The translations under genes and the position numbers were made by a program. Below, piece by piece: positions 1-11,506 of a stretch of DNA of 64,000 nucleotides. Position 1 is the first letter of the stretch, and each line of letters begins with the position of its first letter. The DNA is from Macrostomum lignano (Eukaryota), in the NCBI GenBank assembly GCA_002269645.1, contig NIVC01003885.1, positions 1 through 64,000 of the forward strand, given 5' to 3'. The notes under the pieces were generated by a model. That model did no database searches and had not been told where the DNA came from. It saw only the letters and a list, made by a program, of their open reading frames with translations.

Positions 1-532
1 AAGATTTAGGTAGGCATTAATTGTTTGCAGTTAAAGTATTTACGGTATACGATAGACGCGATCGCGCCGGTATTTGTAAATGGAAACAGATACTCGCAGG
101 AAACATGCAAAAAGGAGATATAGCAAAAGGTGAGTATCTAGCTTTGACACCCAAAGGATTCGATTCGATACGGATTCGATTGGTGTAAGACGTGTAGTAA
201 CAGCATGGCACACACGGCGTTGTCCAATTTTTTATGTTGGTTGTGGAGGAAGATTATTTATGAGTTTATGAATCTTCTCGATAGCTAGCAGGTCTTTTTT
301 AGTTTTGCTTTCGTTTGTAGCACAGCCTAAGCTGTAGAAATGCCGGTAGGGTGGATATTCAAACATTTAAAACGATCGTCAGTAACTTTAACAAAAGTGA
401 CCTACTTCAGCGAATATTTAAACTTTCTATCGTCGAGTCAAATTTAATTTATTAACTGACCAAAAAACTGATTTTGAGATCATCGATTAAATAACGATTA
501 AAAGCAAAGAGAAGATTGCTTTATTGCAGGTG

Positions 533-690
533 CAGGGGTCGGCAGACTCCGGCCCTCGGGTGCTGTGAAACTTTACAATAGCAATCTGGCCCGATCAAGG
601 TTGGTGTCTCTTCTCAGCTGTCTTCTCTCTCCTTTCGTCGTTCTTTTCTCTCCCATCCTCTACTCTCCTCTCTCATCTCCTCTCATTGAG
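533..690 (+). mobile_element. hAT-like MITE fragment (CAGGGGTCGGCA terminus, CT-rich core)
   Basis: Begins caggggtcggcagactccggccctcg then aaactttacaatagcaat, shared with 31915-31960; pyrimidine-rich core as in the copies at 31915 and 49441. Confidence 0.55.
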
Positions 691-1394
691 GACGCGACTA
701 CACTGAGGAAACGAGCTCTGCGGACCTGCAGGACGAAGAAGAGGAGCCCGCAATAGTAAGTGATCGCTAAATTCTGTTCCCATGTGTTGTGTCGTGACCA
801 GGAGCCCGTAAAAGGGCCGTTCGTCTAACTAACCTTTTCTTACTTTTTCTTACTACTCTACTTTAAGTAGTGCAGTTAATAAATTATTCGTATATTGTAT
901 TGTGAAACGTATTTTTAATCACGTGACATTTTTGGTGGTTGAATTTATCGATCGTGTAACAATTTACTGTTAAATATCAAATATAAGCGCGGGTTGCCCT
1001 AAGTGGAGCTCGCACTTTTTTCCGGCAAAAAGTCTTACCTGCCACGTACTCGTGTTTCCTGTGTTAGTCTGCCGAGACACCACACCATGCTTGCGGGGAA
1101 GTGGGTTTTTCGAGTGACTGGTCACCACTCGTAAACTCTTCACTTTTGTCTCATCTCAAAGGGCCGGCCCCGAGCACCACCAGGGAGCGGATTCCTTGCC
1201 TAATTTGTATTCATAGGCTTTTAGAGGGCAGGCTGCCTCGTAGGTAGTGGTGATCGCCCGGCGTCCAGGGAGGAGGCGAGATCAGCCACGTCCTGGCAGT
1301 CAGAGGTCCCTGGGGGCCATAGCTCAGCTTTGAGACAAAAACGGCACAATCGATATTTATGACATTCTGACTATATGTGACCTTTGGCTTTTGC

Positions 1395-1665
1395 TTGGTC
1401 AGCCCGATGCAAAAGCGGATAAAACGGTGGTCCGAGAGCGAGTCTTCGTCCTACAATTTCGCTAACCCGACATGTAACTGCGAATACATGTAGTAGTCCG
1501 GGTGAGGCGATGGTGGTGTCGATGACTTCGATGACCGCCCGTTGTTGAACGTGAGTACACTGTCCACGTTGCTTTTGACTTAGGCCAGCAGTTCTTCGCC
1601 TCTGTTGTTGGTGTTCTTGCTACCCCCAATGCATGTGGTGCGCATTTAATTTCCTTTCAATGAGC
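1395..1665 (-). pseudogene. Degenerate AP-endonuclease domain of a non-LTR retrotransposon (LINE ORF2 fragment)
   Basis: Minus-strand translation with frameshifts gives GNLNAHHMHWG, SKNTNNRGEELL and SLSDHRFIRF, matching the APE motifs GDFNAHH..WG, N.RG..L and SDH. Confidence 0.7.
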
Positions 1666-2749
1666 AGCTCGAACTGATGGGACACGGCGTAGTCAAGCTA
1701 GCGCGTCGCAGAACACTCGATTGTCGCGCGAAAAGTAGACGGATGCTATACCAGCGCATATTTATTGGGAAGGAGGTTATTGATTCAAAAAACACAGATG
1801 TCCCTACAGTCCAAGGGTCAGGTTTAATTCATGCCTCAAAAGCTTTTGCAGCAAAAATCAAAGATCTTGAGCGAGGCTGGGAGTCTGCCATGCAAAAGCA
1901 GAGCGTGGTAGCCAGACGGTACATTATTGGCTTACCTTTAGTCATCCAGGGAGCTATTTCTATGTCGTGCGCACCAGGTTGACTGACGCCTTCACGCAGT
2001 GCTGGGTGTTGGTCTGCAGACATCAGGTGTAGACGCTGGCATCATTGCAGATCGGGCGTTGCAGCCGTCAGAAGTTTCTCCTCCTCCTCGGCGCTCCACC
2101 AGCTTCGGGTAGGGATCACCGGTGTCCATGGGCTCCTCTTCAACAAAAAGCCCCTGACCAGCAGGAAGGCAGCCTTCGTCCATCGGCTGCAGGGTCCTCC
2201 ACCTCGGATTGGTCAAATGCCCTGGAGCAGCCAGCCACCTGGGCAGGGAGTCCTTCTCAGGTCGGCCATGCCCCGAGGGGTTGGGCCCAGCTGGGACGTC
2301 CCTGGACAAACTGGTGTGTCTGGACGTCCGGGCGACCTCTCGCCTCAGCTGGCTGATTTTGGCAATGCGGACCGCTTCATCTGCTCGGCCGTCTGGTGCT
2401 GTGCGCTGGGTGTTGGTCGCCTCCGCCCTCAGCAGCTCCCGCCTCCGCCTCGGACGCTTCCGCGTCCCGCCCAGCCCGCCTTGCTTACTGCCATGGGGAG
2501 GGTCGGCCTCGAAGGAAGGAATGCGCAGCTTCTAAAGACCAACGTTGATGAAACTGTCGAGCGGATAGCGCCACATCACGCCTCATCAAAGCGTCCGACA
2601 GCCCCAGGCTGGCTGTGAATCCGGTGCCGTCTGTGCGCTTTTGGATGCCGTGCACGGACCGAAAGGAGCTTGTGGTGAAGCGGTTGCGGCTGACGGGACC
2701 AGGAGACCAGGAGGAGCTTGTGGCTAAGCGGGTCAAAAGTTCGCTTTAG

Positions 2750-2777
2750 ACAGAGAAAGAGAGGTAGATAGATAGAT

Positions 2778-2810
<33 letters not shown>
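2750..2810. repeat. (GA)n/(GATA)n microsatellite
   Basis: Direct reading of the sequence. Confidence 0.9.
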
Positions 2811-2812
<2 letters not shown>

Positions 2813-3594
2813 GGAATTACGGTGTGTCTAAATGCACGAACTCTCACTTCCGGACCAATTGTCTGGGCACGAAATTGAATGATCACTTACTTTTCACGGG
2901 CTCCTCTTCTTGTAGGTCAGATTCCAACGGCGCGCAGGGGTTGAATTCTGAAGTCGGGCGAGTATAAGAGCAGTTGTAGTAATCATAACGCTTTAATCCG
3001 TCGACATTAGTTTCTTCCTCGTATTCAGTGATCAGAATCAGGGATGCTCCCTCTTAATAAAATAAACTTTATGACAGTAACGAGGTCCTCGAGGAAGGGC
3101 GTCTTCTTCTAGAAAAAACAGAATCAGAGTCGCGTGCTCTTATCTGTTACTCTAGAGTACCAAATCAATAAATCGATAATCGTTTAAGAGTATCGGAATT
3201 GGTCCAATGGATCGTATCCAATCCCTTAGGAATATATAGGCCTTTAATTCAATAAATCAACAGAAATCAACTGATAAATCACAGGCGATAATGACTCAGC
3301 TTTAACTAATCAAATAACAAAGACTTCAACAAAGGCTTACCCATTGGTGTAAACTTCTCTCAGAGATGTAGCCTCGTTCCAGTAGTAGTTCTGGATGGGT
3401 CTCAAGTTCTCTTGAGGCTGCTCCGAGTTTGAAATTTCAGCTCGGATTGTTGTTTAATTGTCGCGCCTGTTAATACGCACGGCGCGTTGAAAATAAACAC
3501 CTAATGGAAGTTGAACTGATTTTTTGAGGTTTACAAATTTTATCCTTAATGTGATTGCCTTTTCATTTTGCACTATTTAGTGCAAATAAGTGTA

Positions 3595-3860
3595 ACACTG
3601 TCCACCATTGAGTACCCGAAAACCGTGGCACAGAGAGTACATATTATCCACCATTGTCTCAGAATCTGTGGCAGGGGCACACATTGTCCACCATTAAGTA
3701 CTCAGAATCTGTGACACAGGGAGCACACATTGTCCACCATTGAGTACTCAGAATCTGTCACAGAGGGCACATATTGTCTATTATTGAGTACTCAGAATCT
3801 GTGACAAATGAGCACCGATTGTCCACCCTTGAGTACTTAGAGTGAGCAGACATTGTCCTC
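3595..3860. repeat. Minisatellite, ~45-bp unit, ~6 copies
   Basis: Recurring attgtccaccattgagtactcagaatctgt. Confidence 0.85.
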
Positions 3861-4370
3861 TCAAGGACCACTGAAGTCACTTCGTTAGGTAGTCTTCTAA
3901 AGTAGTCCTTGTGTCCTCTCTTGAGTTCCCAGAGGGTGACAAAATGAGCACTTTAGTGACAATGGCAACCGTTCTTTAGCTAGGCAGATGTTTTGGACCT
4001 TCAATCGGTGACTATGGACATCCGGCTTCGAATTTCTCTAATGTCGTTTATCAAGCCTTGACGCTGGAAAACATTTCCTAGTATAAAAAACAGTAGAAAT
4101 TTATTCCTACTATTAAATGTCAAAGATTCTTTTGTGCAAGCTGATCGTTTAAATTAATGAAGCCCGACTGTCACTTCCAGGCACTGTTCAGCATCAATAA
4201 CTTTTCACAAATTGAACATGCTCTGTCGTGTTGTCCCCAAGCGCGAAGCGAAGGCCTTAAAAGTCCTCGATGACACAAGTAGCTTCCACCTGATAGTTGA
4301 ACTCTCATGCAGAGTCTCGATCGCGATGCAAAAATCGGCCGACTTGATTGTCTGTAAGGTCAAAAATTGT

Positions 4371-5092
4371 CTCAAAAGGGGATGTGTACTTAAGAGTCTA
4401 AATGGAGCCTGAAGCATTGGGTCCAGATTTCTCTAAGCCAATCCCTTCATTTGGAGCCAAATAGCTCCCGTTGTTCCGAAAACCCGACCACTTTAGCATT
4501 TGGGGATCTCTATGGGGAGAAATGGGATAAATGGGGATTTCATGTGAACTTAAGGCTCTAATGAGCTTCAAATACTTAAATGACGAGATGACCAAGATGA
4601 CCAGATGACCGAGCGTTAGCATGGTCATCACCGATCAACGACTAACCCATCTGGCGACCAGATCCATCAGTCCCAGGACGACCACACCACAGGCTCTGCT
4701 GAAGAGGGACAGCTGCACGTCGAACATCGCCCGCCGCCGGCAACTTCAGCCGCCCCGACTAAGGATCCTCCCGTCTCATCCCCAGTTACTGCCTCGTCAT
4801 CTGCTTCATGACGTCAACGCCCTCCTTACCCCCATGACTGCAATGATGCAGCAGAATCAGCTGCTCATACAACAGCTCACCACTAATACCCATCCTGCCC
4901 CGACATCAGCGTCGTCGTCCGCTACGAGTGATCGTGATCAGGCCGCTCTCATCCGCTTCACTGTCATTTTAAAGGTTCGTCTCCCGACAATCGACGGCGC
5001 TGACCCTGCCGCATTCCCGTAGTCCCGTATAGAAATCGGGACCCAATGCTTCAGGCTCCATTTTGACTCTTAAGTACACATCCCCTTTGAAA
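4371..5092. mobile_element. Foldback-like element with ~63-bp inverted repeats enclosing a gag-like remnant
   Basis: 4371-4435 is the near-perfect reverse complement of 5029-5092 (acccaatgcttcaggctccatt.gactcttaagtacacatcccctt). Confidence 0.6.
4760..5022 (+). pseudogene. BEL/Pao-type Gag N-terminal remnant
   Basis: MMQQNQLLIQQL...ALIRF...VRLPTIDGADP resembles the BEL gag LP.FDG.DP motif; the frame ends in a stop. Confidence 0.45.
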
Positions 5093-5213
5093 GAGTAATG
5101 TCCAAAAGTACACTGACTGTACAAACCTGTTTAAAAATCATTGCTACGCTCGTAACAAACCCGATTGGGCCAATAGGGCCGATTTTATGTTTGCCTGTCA
5201 GAGTTTCTATAAC

Positions 5214-5220
5214 TATAAAA
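5214..5220 (+). promoter_or_regulatory. TATA box of the WSC-PAN gene
   Basis: TATAAAA ~80 bp upstream of the ATG at 5297. Confidence 0.45.
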
Positions 5221-5296
5221 GAGTCCTATCTGACTGGAGATGCCGAACTGCCTACCACAAACTCAGCTGCTCAAAAACATCTCTCCGAGCAGTGAA

Positions 5297-5704
5297 ATGT
5301 TCCGCCGGCAGCGACTCTCTGCGTTCTGTTCTGCACTGCCTTCCTGCTGACTTTCGTCACCTGCAGGTTCGTCCGCTTCTCCTACCTGGGATGCTACAAA
5401 GACCGATCCTCACCCAGAGACCTGAACGGGCTCAGTGGAATCAGCAAGATTGGTGGATTTGATGTCGATAACGGGCGAGTCAAAAGTACTACGGAGATGT
5501 CGCACGAGCTGTGCAGCGGCATCTGCTCGATAGGCAGCTTCCCGTACTTCGGAGTGCAGTATGAAAAAGAGTGCTACTGTGGCCACTCACACGGATCCCA
5601 TGACTTGGTGAGCGAAGCCAACTGCAGCATGGATTGCGTGGGAAACGCAATGCAGAAATGTGGCGGCGGCTACAAAAACTCCGTGTTCTCCCTGAGCTAC
5701 CCAG
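5297..5704 (+). CDS. Secreted WSC + PAN/apple domain protein, exon 1 (signal peptide + WSC; 1-nt frame discrepancy near 5302)
   Basis: YLGCYKD...SHELCSGICSIGSFPYFGVQYEKECYCG...CSMDCVGNAMQKCGGGYKNSVF is a WSC domain. Upstream in-frame PAATLCVLFCTAFLLTFVTC resembles a signal peptide. Phase-1 GT donor at 5705. Confidence 0.85.
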
Positions 5705-5792
5705 GTACTGTTCTGATTTCTAAGTCTTAGTACCTATAGCCAGAATGAAAGCATGCTAATTATTTAAAAGTTGCATCTTCGTTCAACTTCAG

Positions 5793-6034
5793 TTTCTGAC
5801 AACAACATCTACACGGTAGTGAAGCAGTCCAGCCCTCCCGTGACATCTGGTACGACTTCCGTCTGGCTGGCCGCTGCCCCATCCGTGATGGACTGCCTGG
5901 CCCGGTGTAGCGCCAGAGCCGAATGCCGGGCCGCCGTTTTCTCCCGACAGGAGCTCGCCTGCCACCTGCTGGAATTCGTGTACCCGCCTGGCCACCTGAG
6001 CGGACCCGAGTGGACTCTGTTCGTACGTGGCTGA
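5793..6034 (+). CDS. WSC + PAN/apple protein, exon 2 (PAN/apple domain, stop)
   Basis: ttcag acceptor, phase 1; SVMDCLARCSARAECRAAVFSRQELACHLL fits the PAN/apple Cys pattern; AATAAA near 6134. Confidence 0.85.
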
Positions 6035-6534
6035 GCTCGCGAGTGGTGCGCTGACCGACTGGCTTAGTTGAGCATGGACTGAAGCAGACTGTATCAACCC
6101 GTCCTTGATGCGCAATCCCACATCTTCGAGACAAATAAAGGTTCAACCTAAAAAGCTCTGTTGGTTTTATTGCAGAAAATCTGATTGAAGGGTTCCGTTC
6201 GTTTCTGTACTGTTTTTGGCGCTTAATAACTTCCTCTTGAAAAATCATTAGTAATGGATTTTAAACTTTCCGGATTTTTTTCTATTTGATTAAATTCAAA
6301 TAAGTATCATTGAGTGGTAAAACAAAACAGAATCATTTCAAAAGTACGGATTTTCGCTTTTATTTGTATTTTCTGGATGCTTTTGCTTCCAAAGAGACGG
6401 CTGCTTTGTGGAATCGCATTTCGGCATTACTCTTCTAGGTACTTTGTAGCTTGAAATTACTATGAGAATCAACCTTGGACAAAACATACGCTTGCTTCGT
6501 TTGCAATTTTTTAATTCCCAAGTTGACTTTTTAC

Positions 6535-8200
6535 ATAATACCCAGCGACATTAAAAAGTCGCCATCACAGAAGATTCTACCTGTGGTCGCCACTTTTCAG
6601 AGTGCAGGTAAAGTCTCTCAATCTTTGCGAGTGACGCAACTTAGCTACGCCGCGGCAGGCTTGAGTTGAGGAACGAAGTGGGGGGAGCGGTGTGCGAGGG
6701 TTGGACGGATTAAAGCTACCCCGAATAGTCTAAGAGAAATTGCTCACTGGCGCAGAGTGGCGACCTTTCAATGTTGCTGAGTATACACTAATATACGGTA
6801 GCTTTCTTATGTTCTTCCATGACTGTAGTTTGTTTGTCCATGGACTCAAGTAACGCTGTAGTTAATCATTCCACACAACCAGCGGTGACGGCATTTCTGC
6901 CAATTCAGCTGATTCCTGAGCACATGCAAGCTCGCAAATACTGTACACAGGCACGCAATCATGTACACTCTCACATAGGGTACATAGCGAAACTGAATTT
7001 ATGACCATCAGGCATATACACTGTCCTGGGGGTTGGACCTGATGCGTGTACGTTCGTGGGAATCATACGACAACACATGTTGCTAATTGTCGTATACAAG
7101 ACCCAAATTGATGCAGCTGGAATCTGGAATCGATTTATCGAACCAGTGGCGCGATCGAGTCAGGTGCGGGTTCTTCTGCTATAAGCAACGTTGCAGCTGC
7201 GGAAACGGTCCATGACGCTTAACAATAGATCAATTGTTGCTCGCTTCCTGTGGGATTTTTGCTGGATTTCCTTTAGACCGCCCAGGCTTAACTTCCGTCA
7301 AGGATGTGTGGGCTAACTTTACCATCTTTAGAGCAGCCATCGAAAGCAAAAGATGCATAGCATAAAAGACGACGAAAAACAATAGAAAAGCTTTTCTTCG
7401 GAATCTCCTTGGCAAAGTCACAATAGTGGAAATAGTTTCCGCAATTCCAACTGTAGAACTATGGAAGTCTGCGGAGCATTGAGCCATTGTTCAGCTATAC
7501 CCGAAAGATCTCATTTTTAACACGCGCCTGGCATGGCTAAAGCCTGTGGCTACCAGAACAATTTTTCAACCAGCATTAGACTTTCGCTTCACTATAGACA
7601 CCCTATAAGCTTCGATCGATTTCAAAAGTTAGTCTGTAAAAAATCTGTAAATGGATGGAACAATGGAAAATTAGGCCAGCAAGGAGTGTGATCCGACAGC
7701 AATACTGATGTTCCACTAAAGCTCGGACCCTCAGTGCGCTTCTCTTATCTGCAGGGGCGTCGCCACCGGGGGACAGGGGAACATGTCCCTCAGTAAAAGC
7801 TATGGGGGGCCAGATCTTTGTTCCCGAGGAATTGTGAAAACCGATGATACCAATGGCGAATACAACTAAAACTTTATTTGTTGCACGACATGTTTCGCTG
7901 AACACGCAGTATCGTCAGGTATACTCAGAAACATCGAAAATTCGCCATCACAGAAGATTCTACCTGTGGTCGCCACTTTTGAGAGTGCAGGTAAAGTCTC
8001 TCAATCTCTGGGAGTGACGGAACATAGCTACACCGTGGCAGACTTGAGTTGAGAAATGAAGTGTGGGAGCGGTGTGCGAAGGTTAAACACGGATTAAAGC
8101 TACCTCGATCAGTTTTCTCGTATCTTTTAGTTCAGAATAGTCCAAAGAGAAAATTGCTCACTGGTACATAGAGTGGCCACTTTTCAATGTTGCTGAGTAA
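6535..8200. repeat. Diverged ~250-bp direct repeat pair (6535-6783 and 7919-8199)
   Basis: Both contain cgccatcacagaagattctacctgtggtcgccactttt.agagtgcaggtaaagtctctcaatct ... ttcaatgttgctgagta. Confidence 0.85.
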
Positions 8201-11200
8201 ATTTGTGAGAACCAACACGGACGCAAAATATAAATTTGAGCACAGTGTACAGATTAGCTATGAATGCGCAAACATAATTTACATAGTCGATGGAACTAGA
8301 AGATTCTGAGGTGCACACTGCTGCCTCTCCCTGCTAGTTGAACGTTTAAGGAGGGTTTGAAATCTTTGATGTGCGTTGACGACACTCTTTTTCTAATACG
8401 ATCTTATAAGTTGGTTTACCGTAAGACAACCTCTTTAAGCAAAGACTTAATTAGTTTATTATGTGTAAAATTCAGTTATATTTCGCCAACTTCAGCTTCA
8501 AACCAATTGGCAACTTAGATTGATCGACCTCTTTATTTAGTAATTACTACATTAATAAATACTGCTAATGCTGTGGGTTCAGCGAACCATGCCGTGCAAC
8601 AAATAAATATTTAGTTTTATTCACCATCGATATCATCGGTATCCACAAATATTCGAAATAAGCAGAATGTATCCTCATACGTTCGGGACTTGTCAAAATA
8701 ATTAAAATATAATCCAAGATGCGTTTCCAAGTCATACTAGTGAAATTCCAAACAGCTGTGAATCAGCGCCTACGAGAAAGCGGTGACCTGAGCATTGGCA
8801 TGAAAGTTGATATTTCATCGAATGAAAGTTGGTATTGAAGCTAAATTGTGCTCATTTGTAATGTAGTTAGCGATGGAGCACGGCTGCTCAGTTTTGGATG
8901 CTGTGGTCACCACAGTGTATAAATGCATCCGACCATGGTCGCTGGACTTTGTAGGCATTGAACTTGAGATGACCGTCCTGCTGTTGATGACAGAAATTAC
9001 GATCTAAGCAGGGAAGGATCAAACAAGCAATGCTTTCGAGTGATCTCCTGCAAAGACTGGGGATACTCGTCCAAAAGTGCAATCTTTACAATCAACAAAT
9101 TTTTGCCAACAGTCAGTTTTTTCTTACGTGTCTTTCGTGCATCGCTTCATTGAGCAATTGCCGGTAAGCTGCAGTAACTCGACTAAATGACTGTGTACCC
9201 CCCCCCCCCAGGGATGAACCGGGAGCTGCGAACCCGTCTATTCCTACTCTAATACTGCGAGAGTTCACTGCATAACTCGTTTCCACGCGCGGCACCCGGT
9301 AAGTAAAGAGACTCGCACCTGCAGTTTGTCGAAATCCAACAACGCGCCCGAATGCACCGCTAACTGTTGCGTATATTTTGCTATTCACTTCACTACCGTC
9401 AGTGGGACACAGGGCGCGCGCATAAATAGCAAAGCAAAAAGGGTGAGGGTTAAACCGACAGACAAAGCAAGTACACCCAACCCAACTGGCTAGCCAATCA
9501 CAAGCTGCCGCGGGAAGGGTGGGGCAACAGAGCTGGCCGCGCACGAGCTGACCGGGCCCTGGGCAGGCCGTAGCCAGACTAGAGCGAGGCCTATAAAGCC
9601 CCCAAACCCCAGTCCGACCGGCCAACCCGATGAGAGAAAAGGCCGGGGAAGCCCTCACTGACGCAGCAAGGCACAAACAGGACCAATGCGCTCTTCTTCG
9701 GCTAAGGGCATCCGTCGAAAAGTTGGATAGACGCTGTTGTCATGGCAAAAAATGTATTCTTCCTTTGACAAGCAGCAGTCCCACTGCTCCAAACTTTGGA
9801 GGACCAGTTTCATAATAAAAGTGTAAATTCTGCTTCATCCAACTACTTTGCAAGACGCTTTTACAGGTCCAAAAAGGACAATTACGTTTTCTGGAAAGAT
9901 GGAGTTCAAATTTGGCGGTAGCCCTTCATTTTTAAGACAAAAGATGACAGTGCTTCGCAGTGACTTACATATAGGGGTTTCATTTAGCAGCGCCTTAAAA
10001 TTATATACTTCGACCTATTGGAAGTCTCCGATTGGACTGCATCAACGTCGAATCTCAACATTTGAAACGTCCTTGAACTTCTTGATTGTGTGAGCTAATA
10101 CGAGCGTAGTATCAAATGGAATGCTACATTTGTGGTTCTCTTATACTCGTAAGACAAAAAGGTTCGCAATTGAAATGGTGTTCAATTATCGATCTTTCGG
10201 TGGGCGGCAAGCCTTTTAGCTTATAGCTGTTTATCTGACGAGCTTGCAATGCGAATCAAAGAAAACAAACAATATATGAAGTATTCGATTGGATTTTCCT
10301 TCTCACTGTGCTCGCAAGCACCTACACTTAATCTAATTCAGAGTGAACGAGCTACTCTTGTCATCAACCATTCATGTACTTTAAGCTTTAGCAAGGACTA
10401 GGGTGCAGCAAAGCGTTCATTGATGTCTTCCATCAATTTTTTTGATATATCAACGATATATTTCATTGATGTAACTACATTATAAGCCAATAAAGATTCC
10501 AATCAAAGGCTTATATACAGCCGAGCCCACCCAATTCGAACCAAAATACACTTTATGTACTTATTTTTAAGTGTTGTAATTAACAAATGTTGTAGCTCTT
10601 AATTTTTTCCCGCATACTCTTTTTCGTCTGTATCATGAGATAATACAAATTACTTAGCACATGTACAGTAATGATGGCAGCTTAATATAGATTGATTATA
10701 TTACAACAGAATTAATTCTACAAGGTTTTTTAAAGACATTGACGGTGACGTTGAGAAACGATTATGATGAGACAATCTATTATACTTTGCTCAATATAGT
10801 ACATTTAATTTGTTTACTAGACAACGTCAGAAAGCTGAAAAATGTGCACAATATGTTTAGTTCGTAAAAGTACAAGCGATATTTTTGTCAATAACCGAAA
10901 CCAAATAAAACAAAATATATTTCAAAGGCAACTTTTTGAGTACAAAAACGCAGTGTGTACAAAAAGGTACAGTTATTAAATCATACATCTAATCGTTGTT
11001 ATTTTGTTAATGTATACGTAAAACAAACGGTAATAATATTAAAACGCTTTTTAGGCTTTATGGTTTTCAACAAAAACTTTTTAGAGAATAAAGTTGTATT
11101 TCATTTTTCTACTTTTAAACCTCAATTCAATTTAATAATTCAACAAAATCTGCATGTCGGCTCACGAAAACGAGAATGGATATCAAGTCGTCTTTTCAAA

Positions 11201-11374
11201 TAAAGTCGATCGGTAGCTATGCAAAATTACAAAAACTGCATGATAGATAATCGAAAAATAAAGAAAGAACAAAAGAGCAACAGATACATTTTGAACGAAA
11301 CAGAACGACATGGGTTGCAATTATTTTTTACTAAACAGATTACTAAATTAGATGATACAAGTACACTTGGAGCT

Positions 11375-11506
11375 TCATCCGACCGTCTCCTTTGTAGTCT
11401 GCCTGGTTAGGACGGCGGCTCTCTTGCCAGCTGTAACTTTTCGCTGAAGTTGCTGCTCTCCGTCACTCAGTTCTGCTGCTTTATCGTCGTCATCTTCAAA
11501 TCGTTC
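11375..11506 (-). CDS. RGS22-like distal terminal exon
   Basis: tttag acceptor, phase 0, [24 protein letters not shown]...KETVG*. Confidence 0.7.
   Translation of the reverse strand, partial: ERFEDDDDKAAELSDGEQQLQRKVTAGKRAAVLTRQTTKETVG

Noticed and set aside
2820-3480. Possible solo-LTR fragments (also ~700-930)
   Set aside because: No paired LTR, TG...CA ends with TSD, or clear PBS/PPT could be established.
8560-10100. Stop-interrupted minus-strand frames that read like decayed coding sequence
   Set aside because: No recognisable domain motif, so no call can be supported without a database search.
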